Assembly (NCBI GenBank): GCA_039096225.1
Contig: JBBPEB010000022.1
Span: 41,681 to 105,680 of the forward strand
Length of the DNA stretch: 64,000 bases
Direction: 5' to 3'
From: Blastocystis sp. Blastoise
Lineage: Eukaryota > Protista > Bigyra: Opalinata
This document shows positions 13,301 through 30,286 of the stretch, in pieces. The position numbers were made by a program, and so were the translations under genes. The notes under the pieces were generated by a model. The model did no database searches, was not told where the DNA came from, and worked only from the letters and a program-made list of their open reading frames with translations. Each line of letters begins with the position of its first letter. Within the stretch, counting starts at the first letter, position 1.

Positions 13301-15086
13301 TGGAGTAGATAAAGTTAATGGATGAGGTAAGAGTGTAGATTTATTATTAATATTATTATGAGGAGTATTGATTTTAGGAGAAGGAAGAGCAGGAGACATA
13401 GCTATAGGTATATAGGGTATTTTATAATCATATATAAAAGAATCATCAATTTGATAATTATCTAAAATTTCTTTTTTAATTTTCCATACTTTTGCTTTAG
13501 AAAGTTGTGTTTTTTCTTTTCTATCAACTATTTCTCGGAATTTTCGTTCAATCTATATTATTAACGAGGTTCATAGATAGAATAAATATAATAATAAAAG
13601 AATAATAGTAAAAATATTAAAAATAAAAGACAAACTAAAATTAATAACAAATAAATTACATAAATAATAAAAACTAAAACCTTAGAAAAAAAAAGAAACA
13701 TAAATAAAACTAAGCTATTAATAATAAAAATATATGTATATATATACTTGTATTTTCTTTAAAACAGGATATTTATCAAATACTGTTTCTACAACATTAG
13801 GAATAGAAATAGAATGATTATGACTAATATAAATAATATATTTTATCATTTCATCATTAATTTCTATTCTTTGTTTAGATGGAGAAGTAATGTCACTTCT
13901 ATTTATATGGTTATCATTAATAGTATTAATAGAATCAAGACCATGTTTCTGAATAACATCTTTCTTTTGTTTAATATCATTATAATTTAACATATGTAAA
14001 CAACAAAAATATAAATCAGATTCTTTTTTAATTGTTTTAATAGTATTTACAGTAATAGGAAGTATAGATTTATTATTATTATTATTTATATTTTCATTAT
14101 TATTATTATTATTATTATTTTCTATAGTCATACAATTAGATAGATCAATAGACATAGAAGAAGAAGAAGACAGAGTATTTATAGTATCTTCTTGATATAT
14201 ATTTGTTAAAGGACCAATACAAATAGGTTTTTTAGTACGTAATGTAGCATCTTCACCATTTCTTCTTCCTGATAATTGATTTAATATATATGTACTTTTC
14301 TCTTCTGCAGACATTTGAAGACCTTCTGGTATTTCAACATCATCTTCTACCATAAATCCATCATTATAATCAAATTTATTAGGTTCTTGTTCATTTTCTT
14401 GATCATTCTCATCATCATCATCTTCTTCATTAATATCATCATTAATAATATCACTATCTACATGACTATCTTCATCTTCATCTTCTGACCATTCTATACC
14501 ACTATCAAAACTATAATCTAATTCATTCTCTTGCTTAAAAGGAGTTCTAGGAGTTATTATTAATGAATGTTTATGCCTTCTACCAAAGAAGGCAGGACGA
14601 TTATCCTCATAAAATTGTGTTAATTGATATCTATAATATTGGCGAAGATGATAATATATTTCATTTGAAGTATACTGTTTTATAGATTTATGTAAAGATA
14701 TATATGGCTTTATAGAAGAAACAGAAGGAGAAGGAGAACAAGGAGATATTGAAGACGTATTTAAAATTTCGATATCATTTGAATTCTCATTTTGATAGCT
14801 AGTATTATTATTATCACTATTATTATTATTATCATTAGATGATGGAAATAGAAGGGATTTATGAGTATTTGAATTCGATTTTAATCCATTATATATAGTA
14901 TTATATTCTTGTTTAAATTGTTTATATAATAATTGATTCTCTTTTTGGATATTTAATTTCATTTTACGAAATAATTGTATATCATCCATTATTAAATTAG
15001 GTATAGAATCATTATTATTTAAAGAATGCTTATATTCTACTTTCTTTCTCTCCTCTTCTTCTAAATAATAATAATAATAAAGAGTA

Positions 15087-15121
<35 letters not shown>

Positions 15122-15302
15122 ATATATATATACGTTGTAACTGTGTGAGTAATTCAGGATTATTTTCTTGTTTCGTAATAATATCTTTTTTCTCTTCTTG
15201 TTTAATTTTAGGAGCAGCACTAAAGAAATTAAATATACTATTTATTTGCTTTGTTTCTTTCTCTTTCTCCTTTTCTTTCTTATCTTCTATCTTCTCTTTT
15301 CT

Positions 15303-15393
<91 letters not shown>

Positions 15394-16490
15394 TCAACAT
15401 AATATATTTAAACATTCATTATTAAATGAAAATAATATATATATAAACTAAATAATATATATACTTTTCTTCTTCTATTTTCATTTTCTTTGCTAATTCT
15501 TCTTCTTTTTTCTTTTGAGCTAATAATTCTTTCTGTTTCTTTTCCTCTTGCTTCTTTAATAATTTCTCTTCTTCCTTCTTCTGTTTTTCTTCTTTCTTCT
15601 GCTTTTCTTCTTTTATCTATAAATAGTGTAGAAAAAATAAAATGCTTATAAATTAGATTAATAATTTTATAATATATTGATACCAAAAAATATATGAATA
15701 GGATATCATAAAAAAAAATAATAATAATAATAAAAAAATAAACAATATAAAACCATTACAACTATCGTAAATCATATAAAAATACTTTATTATCAATTTC
15801 AATATATTTCTGATGAGCTAATACTTTTGCTTGTGCATTTTTTGTGTTTATATTTTCTAATTTACTTATTTTTTCAGCAGATTGTTGCTCTTTTATTGCT
15901 TTTATTAATTGACTTAATGAAGAAATAGTTTTCTGACGACATTTCCTTTCTTTGCGAACTGCAAATATATATCGTTTTGAATCTGAAGGAAGAAAATTTG
16001 TATTAATACATTGCCAAAACCATGCATAAATAGGATTTGTATCATCATAAGGTTCAACAGAATCCGTTGGAGTAGCTCCATTATACTCTCTTGTCGCTAA
16101 GAGCTTTATATAACTTTTCATTATATCTTTATTCAACTTTGAATAAAGAGAAGACACTTCATCTGTTATATCTATAGGTATATCTTCATCGATATCTTCA
16201 TCATTCATCATTTCTTCAGTCTCTGGACGAAGAAAACTTAATATATAGTCAGCTAACACATTCAATGAGAGTGATGATCCTTCACAAAGTCTTGCAATCA
16301 ATGTAGAAACACTACTGTCAAGTTCATCAGGCGTACTGGGAGCCGTAGCAACTTTGATATTTCGAAATGTTTGTAATAATTCTTGAGTATTCTCATGTTC
16401 TGTTAAATTAAAGGTAATATTATCCTCCGATGCTTCTTTAATTAAAGTATCATACTGACTCTTTAATAATTCCAATTGGTCAGTCGATGA
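11348..16490 (-). CDS. CHAF1A: Chromatin assembly factor 1 subunit A (p150/FAS1-like); further 5' exon(s) probably extend to ~16700
   Basis: K/E/R coiled-coil exons and the motif QFYEDNRPAFFG...IITPRTPFKQENELDYSFDSGIEWSEDEDE, followed by an acidic ED region. PIP-like motifs QINSIFNFF and C-terminal QNTIFNYF. Confidence 0.88.
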
Positions 16491-17071
16491 CTATATTCAA
16501 ATTATCGTTGATGAACATAAAAACAATATACCATATCTATTTTTGACTTCTATATAACTTGATATTCTTTGTAATTGATAAATAACTAATAAAAGACGTA
16601 TATCAGACAGTATCAAACGAGATATACAAAAATATTGACCTAGAACAGTCAACCGATACTAAAATGGAGGGAAAATTTCCCACAGGAGGTATTCATTTTT
16701 GTTTATAGAAAAAGAAAATGCTGTTCCTCATAGAAAAAAAATAATTGTGGGAATTTCTACAAAATTGGTCAGAATATTCGGATTTCCTGAGTACTAGGAA
16801 TACAATGGGAAGAAATTGAGTTTGCAATTTTCATTTTTGTGTTAAAATAGAAAAATAGATCTTTGGATTTTCAAAGGAATTCAAACAAATTCTGCATAAA
16901 AGTCAGAATAATTACGATTGTGCTCTACATATGGGAAGGGGATAATTGAAGTGTCCTTTATTTTATCGGGTGTTCGTAGCAAAGTTTACCCCCTGGATGG
17001 AAAAATCCAAAATAATCTTTATTATTTCTGTTTTTTTAACTATAATCTTTGTTAATAAAAGACAAAACAAG

Positions 17072-17967
17072 ATGATTCGTATGTTTTCTAAGAAGGGCGT
17101 TGATGCAGGAGAGAAGAAAAATGAAGAAATAGAAGAAGTCGACAACCATGATCTTATTCCTCCTCCTCAAAAAAACTTTGAATTACCTCAAGAATTTATT
17201 GATGCTGAAGAAGAAGATTTCAATGGAAGAAAAACAAATCCTTCTGTATTTTGATGATTTCTCTACACATATGTTTTCTACATTATTCTTTATTTAGATT
17301 AAAAAATATATTATGGATCATTATATTGAAAGTGAAATGAGAAAAAAGTATTTTCAATAAATTTTATTTATTTTTCATTATTCATAATATATATCTACGT
17401 ATTATGTCTTTTTAGGGAAGATTCTTTTTCTACTTATAAAGATGTCTCAGTATGGTGTGGTACTTGGAATGTAAATGGTAATAAAGTAGATGAAGATATT
17501 ACTGAATGGCTTACTGGTGAAAAAGAAGGAGTTCCTGATGATGATATTTATGTTCTTGGTCTTGAAGAAATGGTTGATTTAACAGCTACATCTATTGTTA
17601 TGGAAAATCAAAGTCAAAAACGTGCTGAAGTTTGGAAAGAAACTTTATATAAAACACTTAATAAAGATTATGAAAACCCTGAAGTATGTATTATATATAT
17701 ATGTATTATTTTATTCATATTTTATTTATTTTATTATATTTTATGTATTTTTATTATATATATATATATAGGAAGATGGATATAAATTTGTTGATCAAAA
17801 GATATTAGTAGGTGTTTATATATGTATTTATGCTAAAGCTGAAATCTATGATCTTATTTCTAATGTTATGGGTATATATATATATATATTATTTTATTTA
17901 TATTATTATATTTATATATATTATTATGTTTATATTATTATATTTATATTATTATTATTTTTTTTGC

Positions 17968-18022
<55 letters not shown>

Positions 18023-18996
18023 ATGATACTGCAGCTGTTGGTTTTATGGGTATTATGGGTAATAAAGGAGGTGCTGGTATTCGATTCAATCTAGATTGTA
18101 GTAACATATGCTTTGTTTGCTCTCATTTAGCTGCTCATAGAGAAAAAGTTTATAATAGAAATGCTGATTTCCATAGGTATATATATATATATTATTCTAT
18201 TTATTATTAATATGAATATATTATAAAGAATATATTTTATTTTATCTATTATTTTAAAAATTTCTCTATATATAATAATTATTTTATAGTATTATTGATC
18301 GTTTAAGATTCAGTAATGAAGCTAAGCCTTCTTTAACAGAATCTAAATCTTATAATAATATTGTAAAGACTGAAGAAGAAGAAAAAGAAGAAGAGGAAAA
18401 GAAAGAAAAGGAAGAAGAAGAAAAGAAAGAAGAAGATGATGAAGAAGAAGATAATAGTAATGCTTATAAAGTCTTAGATCATGATGTTGTTATTTGGGTA
18501 TTTATATATATTATTATATATATTATTATATTTATTATTATATTTATTATTATATTTATTATTATATTTATTATTATATTTATTATTATATTTATTATTA
18601 TATTTATTATATTTATTATATATAATTATATTTATTATTATATATTATTATATATAGATTGGTGATTTGAACTACCGTATTACTACTGATGTTCCTACAA
18701 TGACTGTGTTTGAACAAGCAGAAGCTGGACAATTAGATTATCTCTTAAAGAAAGATCAAGTATATATTATTATTTATTATTATTTACTATTTTGATAAAT
18801 ATCATTATATTTATTTATAATAATAATATTATTATTCCCTATACTATTTCTATATAGTTAATTGAATCTCATAAGGCTGGATTAGTCTTTGAAGACTTTA
18901 CGGAGCCCGCCATTACCTTCCCGCCTACTTATAAATATGTTAAGAAGACTAATACTTATGATAAGAGAAATGAAAAGAAACTTAGAGCTCCTGCTT

Positions 18997-19041
<45 letters not shown>

Positions 19042-20125
19042 AATATTATTATCTTCTATTTATATTATATTTATCTTCTATTTATATTATATTTATCTTC
19101 TATTTATATTACTATTATTATCATAATACTTATTATATGTTATAGGTGTGATAGAGTATTATATCATTTGAATGATACAGTTAATGAGGACACGATAGAG
19201 GTTCAGAAATACGACCATGTTATGGACATGATGGCCTCGGATCATAAACCTGTATACTGCTTATTTAAGATGAAAGTGAAACATCATAATAAGAAACAAA
19301 TGAAAACTATTCGTAATACTATCGAAAAGGAATTAAATGATGTTAATAGCAATGATATTCCCGATGTATATTTTATTTTTTATATTTATTTATATTTTAT
19401 TTTTATTTTATTTTTATTTTATTTTTATTAGATTATATTATTTATTTATTTATTTATATCTTTTTTTTTATTTATATTATTTATATTTATATATATTATT
19501 ATTATTATATTTATTTATATTATTATTATTATATTTATTATATTTATAATAGATAACTGTTAGTACTGAATCTATTTCTTTCGATAATATCAGTTATAAA
19601 GTACCTCAGGAACAGACTATTCAAATTACTAATAATGGTTCTAATATTGCTTATTTCAATTTCTTAGCTAAGGCTGAAGATCGTTATATATGTAAACATA
19701 TGTATAATATTACTCCTTCTTATGGTATGATATTACCTGGTGAACATACAGATATTAAAGTTGAATGTAATATTGATATCAGATCTGCTCAAGAATTAAA
19801 TAAAGGTGATTTATTATTAGAAGATATAGTTACTTTAAGAGTTCATGGAGATAATGATTATCATATACAAATAGATGGTTCTTATAATATATCTTCATTC
19901 GGTCAAACACTTGATAACTTAGTTAAGATGAAATTACCTATTCGTAAATGTACTAATTTGGTTCTTACTCCTGTTTCTCCTTCTTATATGAATATACCTA
20001 AGGAAATGTGGAGAATGGTTGATTATTTATATAAGAATGGATTATATACAAAAGGATTATGGATTGAAAAGGGTAGTTATATATTTTATTATATATATTA
20101 TTCTATTTATTATTATTATTGTATT

Positions 20126-20204
<79 letters not shown>

Positions 20205-20270
20205 AGAAGAAGATAAGATTCGTACTATTCGTGAGGCTTTAGATACAGGTGATGCCTTCCAAGGTGTTGA

Positions 20271-20302
<32 letters not shown>

Positions 20303-20942
20303 TACTAATAATAATAATGATTATATATATATAGTGCATTAAGTATGGCGGATGCTTTCCAAGATTTCTTATCTTCTTTATATATACCTATATTACCTGA
20401 TATATATACTCAGAAATTAGAAGGAGTTAAGAAAGTAAATATGAAGGCTGCTAGAGCTTTTGTAGATACTTTACCTACTATTCATCGTAATTCATTTATT
20501 TATATTATTATGTTCTTAAGAGAATTATTAAAATATGACCAACAAAATGATCTTACTCCTGCTTTCTTATCTATGGTATTTGCTCGTTGTCTTATATCTC
20601 CTCCTGTTAATAAACATAGTATAAGCAAGAAATATAGAACTATTCAAGTATATATATATTAATAATAATTATTAATCAAATATGAATATATCATCAATTC
20701 TTATAATTATATCTATAATATTAATTATTATTATATACATCAATACATATATACTATTATTATAGGAAGCTGTAACTAGCTTATTAGCTGTATTCCTTAA
20801 GAGCAGTGTTGCTGAATTATGTGGAGAAGAAGAAGAAGAAGAAGGAGAAGAGGAAGGAGAAGGAGAAGAAGATGATGATGATGATGATCGTACTCCTATG
20901 TCACCTGCTGAAGGAGAAGGAGAAGGAGAAGAAGAAGAATAA
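17072..20942 (+). CDS. OCRL: OCRL/INPP5B-type inositol polyphosphate 5-phosphatase with ASH and RhoGAP-like domains
   Basis: GTWNVNG, GLEEMVDL, GIMGNKGG, CFVCSHLAAH, WIGDLNYRI, PAWCDRVL, SDHKPV, then SSFGQTLDNLV...IPKEMWRMVDYLY and a RhoGAP-like C-terminus. Confidence 0.95.
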
Positions 20943-21989
20943 ACAAATTATTTATAATTGTACTATTATTTATTTTTGTATTCTTATTCATTATATATAT
21001 ATTTGCTTATATATATTATATTTATTTTATTCTTTCTTCTTTTTATAAAAGAAACATACTTTTGAATTTATTTTATTTTTCAACTGTTGTTTTTTTTTAA
21101 TTTAAATTTTTAATTGACATCTTCATCACTTGAATAATTATTTATATTCTTATCATTTCCAATACTCAATACTCTTTTTCCTATTTACTTTAAAACCATT
21201 TTAACTTTATGATTTCATTTATTTATATCTTTATAAACAAAATATACATTCTCCTTGTTTTAATAGTTTTATTATTTCATATTTACAATTCATTATACTA
21301 TACATATTATGGATGTATCCTATTTGTATTACTACTATATTATGTATATCTTTTATTCTAAAGATTTTTTATTTTTTAATATAAATAATTTTTCTTTTAT
21401 TTTTAGATAGTTTAAATTGTGTTTTGCTTGTATAGTTTATGTTTTCAATATAATTATAAGCTATTCATTAGTAATTATGTTCATGATCGACATAAAAAAT
21501 CATGATTTCTCAAAACATTATAATATATGTGCTTTGTATATAGCACGAAAACAATAAAAAATCAACATTATTGATATGAGGCATATTTTAATTGAAAATG
21601 TTTTTAGAAAAGTTGACTGTTTCAACATATAATGTCAGGAGAACAATACAAATAACATGAATAAAATAAGGAAACTTTCAAATATGATTCTTGAAATAAA
21701 ACCAACTCCATTGCTACGTTATTTAATAAATATATTCTTGTATATCTCTAAAAATAAACCAAATGTCTTTTATTTAGCTGTCATTATCGTTGAATAACAT
21801 GCTATGATTAAAAGAATAAAACACAATGAAATTTGAAAGAAAACAGTTGTGTTTTTAAAATTTATTGTTTATTCGTATTTCTTTCTTCAATTTTTCATTT
21901 TCATATCAATCTACTTTTTTCGTAAAGAACAGACGTACCGTGGTTTTTCATACAAATTATTGTCTCTTCATTATTTAAGATAATTGCTC

Positions 21990-22886
21990 ATGAATTGCTT
22001 TTCAATTGTTTTTCTCTTCCTAATCTCTATTGTTTCAGCAGTTACAAAGAATGGAGAACAACAAATCAACTATTTTTCACTCAATAAAGTTCCATTAGAT
22101 GAAACAGATGAAGATAAAAGACGTTTAAGTGATAGTTTTTATAAAGCTCCTACATTTGGAAGTGTTCTCAGACTTGGGTATATGCTTTATTCTATTATTC
22201 TTACTTTATTAATAGTTATTATTATGCTATTGGATACATTGGAACACCTCCTCAACGAACAACTTTGATTATAGATACAGGTAGTCATTTAACAGCTACA
22301 CCATGCTCAGATTGTAGAGATTGTGGTACTCATTTAAGTAAACCGTTTGATCCTCTACTTTCAAGATCTAAAGAGGTATATATATATATATATATAATGA
22401 TAATTATTTTATAATAATTATATTTATATTATAGGTAATAACATGTAATCATCCAAATAATTCATTAAAATGCAATGCTTGTAAGTCAAATCAATGTGTT
22501 ATTACTCAAGTATATATATTTAGATTTTTTTTATTCTTAAAATTATAAATATATTTTATATATTTTATATATTCTATATATTTTATATATTCTATATATT
22601 TTATATATTCTATATATTTTATATATTCTATATTAGCATTATGCTGAGCATTCTCTATTAAGTGGTGTTTTGTATTCAGATAAAATGTTTTTAGGAGGGA
22701 ATATATATATACATAATTCATCGATTCCTGTTGGTAATCTAGAGAGTTTAGAACAATATTCTGTTTATAATGAATTTATTTGTATTAATCAATATACTAG
22801 TATATTACTATTATTATTATTATTATTATTATTATAATATTATTATTATTTTTGTGATTATTATTATGATTATTATGATTATTATG

Positions 22887-22918
<32 letters not shown>

Positions 22919-24829
22919 ACAGAATTGTTTAAAACTCAACTTGCTGATGGAATTCTTGGTCTTTCAGCAACAAGTATATAATAAAAAAATATAATAATAA
23001 ATATGAATATAAAAAATATAATAAATATAATAATAATAAATACACTAAAAAATATAATAAATACACTAATAAATATAATAATAAATATGAATATAATGAA
23101 TATAATAAATATAATATAAATATTAAAAGAAAACAATAAAAATATAATAAAATTAATATAAATATCAAATATTTCTCTAGGAAATTCATATATAACTCAT
23201 TTATTTGCGTCAAGATCTATATATCCATCGTTTTCATTATGTTTTAAAGAAGATTCTGGAATAATTGCATTTGGTGGTCAAGATACAACATTGAATCAAT
23301 CTCCCATGTGTTCTGTTCCTATACATTATCATAATTATCAATATACCGTTGAAGTAACAAGAATTGCATGGAATAATGTGAAAGTACCTGTTCTTAATGA
23401 ACGATATTTCTTGTATATTTATAAAATATTATTATTTTTTGATCTGTCTATTCTATATATAATATAATATATATAATAAAATAATAATAAAAAGATTTCA
23501 TCCTCACTATTATATATACTATAACTATTATAATTATTATTACTCTTTATATAGTACAAGTAATCCCTTACATATTGATAGTGGAACTTCATTTACATAT
23601 ATACCCAATTCTATTTTCCCCGCGTTTATTCATGTATTTAAATCGATATCTGAAATACTTAATGCACCTATTCAAAATGAACAAACATTAATGGGAGTAT
23701 ATATACATATATATATATTATATTATATTATATTATATTATATTATATTGTATTATATTTTTATTTTATAATCATGTAATATATATATATATATATACTT
23801 TATATACTATATTTCAACAATTCTATTTAAATATCTTATTCTAATAACATTAATAATCAAAAAGTATTCATAATAATATTAAGAATTATATTATATATAT
23901 ATATATATAGGAAGAGTTTTGTGTATCTATGGATCAATCCTCATTAGATTTATTTCCTATACTATATATTTATTTAACAAATAATTGTTCAATTCATGTT
24001 TCTCCCCGTAATTATTTCTATTATCGTCGACAAGAACGTGTTTGGTGTATATCTATCGCTAGAGATCAAGTGTTTTTATTAGGAAATAATTTTATGATAG
24101 GTCATCATTATTATTTTGATATTAAACAAAATAAATTAGGTATTGCTGAATCTAATGTATATATATATATATAGTTATTATTTATCTTAGTTTATATAAT
24201 ATATTTATTTTTATATCTTTTATAGTATAAATATATATAAGTATAACAATGTATATAGTGTTATAAATCTGAGATTTCTGCACAGGATATTTATGATATG
24301 ACTACTCCTTATTCAGATAAGCCTTCTTCTTATTCTCCTTCTCCTTCAAATAACACGATTAATTCAAAATTAGTCGGTCATCTAGATCCTATTCCCATGA
24401 ATATCAATGCTTCTGTACAATATACTAAAGATCTTGAATTCTTAAATAAAAATACTACTTATAATATTACTATTTCAGATACATTATTACATGATTATTT
24501 AAGAGGAGGAACTATATATAATCGGTTTACTATCTCTTCATTTGTTACTTCTATTTATTCATCTATCACGGGATTTGGAAGTTATTTATGTATATATATA
24601 TATTCTATATATATATATTCTCTTCATATATTCTTCACATTCTTTTATTAATTTATGTATTCTATATTATATATGCTGATATTTCTATATATATAATTTT
24701 ATATTAATGAATCAATACTCTCTATTATATATATATCTAGATAATACTCTATTGAAAGTCCCTGTACATAATAATTATAAAACGTTATTCATATGCTCTT
24801 CACGTGATTGTACAAAATATTTCTATTAG
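21990..24829 (+). CDS. Secreted pepsin-family (A1) aspartic protease, plasmepsin V/nepenthesin-like
   Basis: N-terminal signal peptide. Contains IGTPPQRTTLIIDTGSHLTATPCSDCRDCGTH, ADGILGL, IDSGTSFTYIP and LLGNNFM...FDIKQNKLGIAE. Confidence 0.92.
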
Positions 24830-25405
24830 GTATTATACAAAAAACTATTTATTTATGTTTAATTATGTGTATTGTTTAGTGATGTTAGATTTTATTTCTT
24901 ATTATTTATATTTTTTGTTTTGTTTGAGGACTTCGTAAATATTCAATTATATATATTAATTTTATTTTATATTTTAAATTAAATCTGATTGTATTATGAT
25001 CTATAACAGAACAATTACAATTGTTTTGTTTTTGAAGTATTTTTTAAGTATTCACATTATTAAAGCATTCTCACTATCATTTTAAGTGTCTATGATAACA
25101 CTAAATCAATATAATCATTAAAACGATCAATAATTGATAACAATCAACTTATTTTAAGGATATAGTTCATAACGTATAAGCAGTTATGTCAAATAATGAA
25201 TGTTTAATTAATACAAACCCTATTTAGCAACAAAATATATGATAAACATTCATTCAACTTTTTTTACAAAAATCAGAAGTCCGTTAGAAAATGACGGTAA
25301 TTTCTGATTTATCCAGAGAAAAATGAAAATATTAAAAAAAGGAGACAATTTTCATTTCTTTTGATAAAACACTTTTTCTTTTTATCAATTACTTTAAGAA
25401 TTACG

Positions 25406-28771
<3,366 letters not shown>

Positions 28772-29356
28772 TAGTATTCCATACTCTAGATATTAATATT
28801 ATTTCATTTATCATATACATTTATTATAATCATTTTTATATAAATATATATATGTATATATTTTGCATAATTCAATTTTTTTTTATTTGTGGGTTTTCTA
28901 TATTCTATATATATTAGTATATTGTGTTGTTTTTATTTATTTTTTAAATTTAATATATTTATTTCATGTATATTTCAATATTCTTTTCTAGTCAAAATAA
29001 CATAATCTTTTTATATTTGAAAAACACATAAAACTTTGGATAGATTAGTTATGAATTAGGTCTAAAATTGAGAATTGAGTAATTATTCTCATTCCTTAGT
29101 ACTTCAGATTCACCACAAAGACTGAATTCATATATATTAATATCATGAACACGAAATCAAACAAATTAAAACAACAATTATTAACTTTTCCAAGAAAATA
29201 AAAAATTTATTTTGATCACTGAAACATCAACTATACGTTGTAATATATTTAAATTAATATAATCAATAATAAGACAAAAAAAAATTTAAAAAATAGTTTT
29301 TTCTTTTTGTCTTCGATATTAAGCTATTAATAATAAAATAGAATATTTGAATATTC

Positions 29357-30182
29357 ATGTATTTCATTGGAGATCACGAACTTATAAATTGTCAGCTAAA
29401 AGAAGCAAATGTAATTCAAGCGGTTCTATATAAATACAACAAAGGAAAAAACAAGATAAAGAAACGAAAGGAAATATCTAAAACTATATCTTATGATGGA
29501 CAAAGTATGATTATAACTAATTAAGACTTGATGCATTCTCTAGAAATTCAAAGAATTTTGTGTATCCAAATAACAGATGATGTACTAACTGGATTATATC
29601 CTTTATTATTATCAAATACTAAATATTATTGAATATAAATTACAATTCTGATTTTTTCTTAATAATATAAGCCAATAAATCTTCTAGCTATTCAATTTGA
29701 GAATCAGAATATTGTAGTATATGAATTAGATATACTGAGTGATTACTTTGAAGAATTATATGCTATTCCCATTCTTACACCGATTGAAGGTATTATTGAT
29801 ATTGTATATATTTCAAATTATCTAATTAGAAATCAAGTTTATAAACAGTCAAGAAATATGTATACTGGCTTCTAACAAATTAAATTTATGTATTTATGTA
29901 AATATAAGAAAGGAGTTAATATTATTTTCTGTATTATTATTTATAGATGATTATTCAGTATCTATGGGATCACCTAGCTATGTATCAACTATTTCAGGTC
30001 AAAAGTTACATTTCTTCACAAATAATAATCCTTATTTATATAATCAAGTATCCTTTACAACTATTTCTGAAAACAAAAATAAGTATATTTATATTGTTAA
30101 TTATATCATGTTTTAAATATATATGTATATATAGTATAGGACTAACTTTTTATTCTTTCGATCAGAATGTGATAACAGAGTA

Positions 30183-30222
<40 letters not shown>

Positions 30223-30223
30223 C

Positions 30224-30286
<63 letters not shown>

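Noticed and set aside
30048-30056. GTATCCTTT, a possible U12 GT donor
   Set aside because: It lies in an open exon frame (QVSFT) that splices correctly at a later GT, and using it gives no in-frame acceptor.
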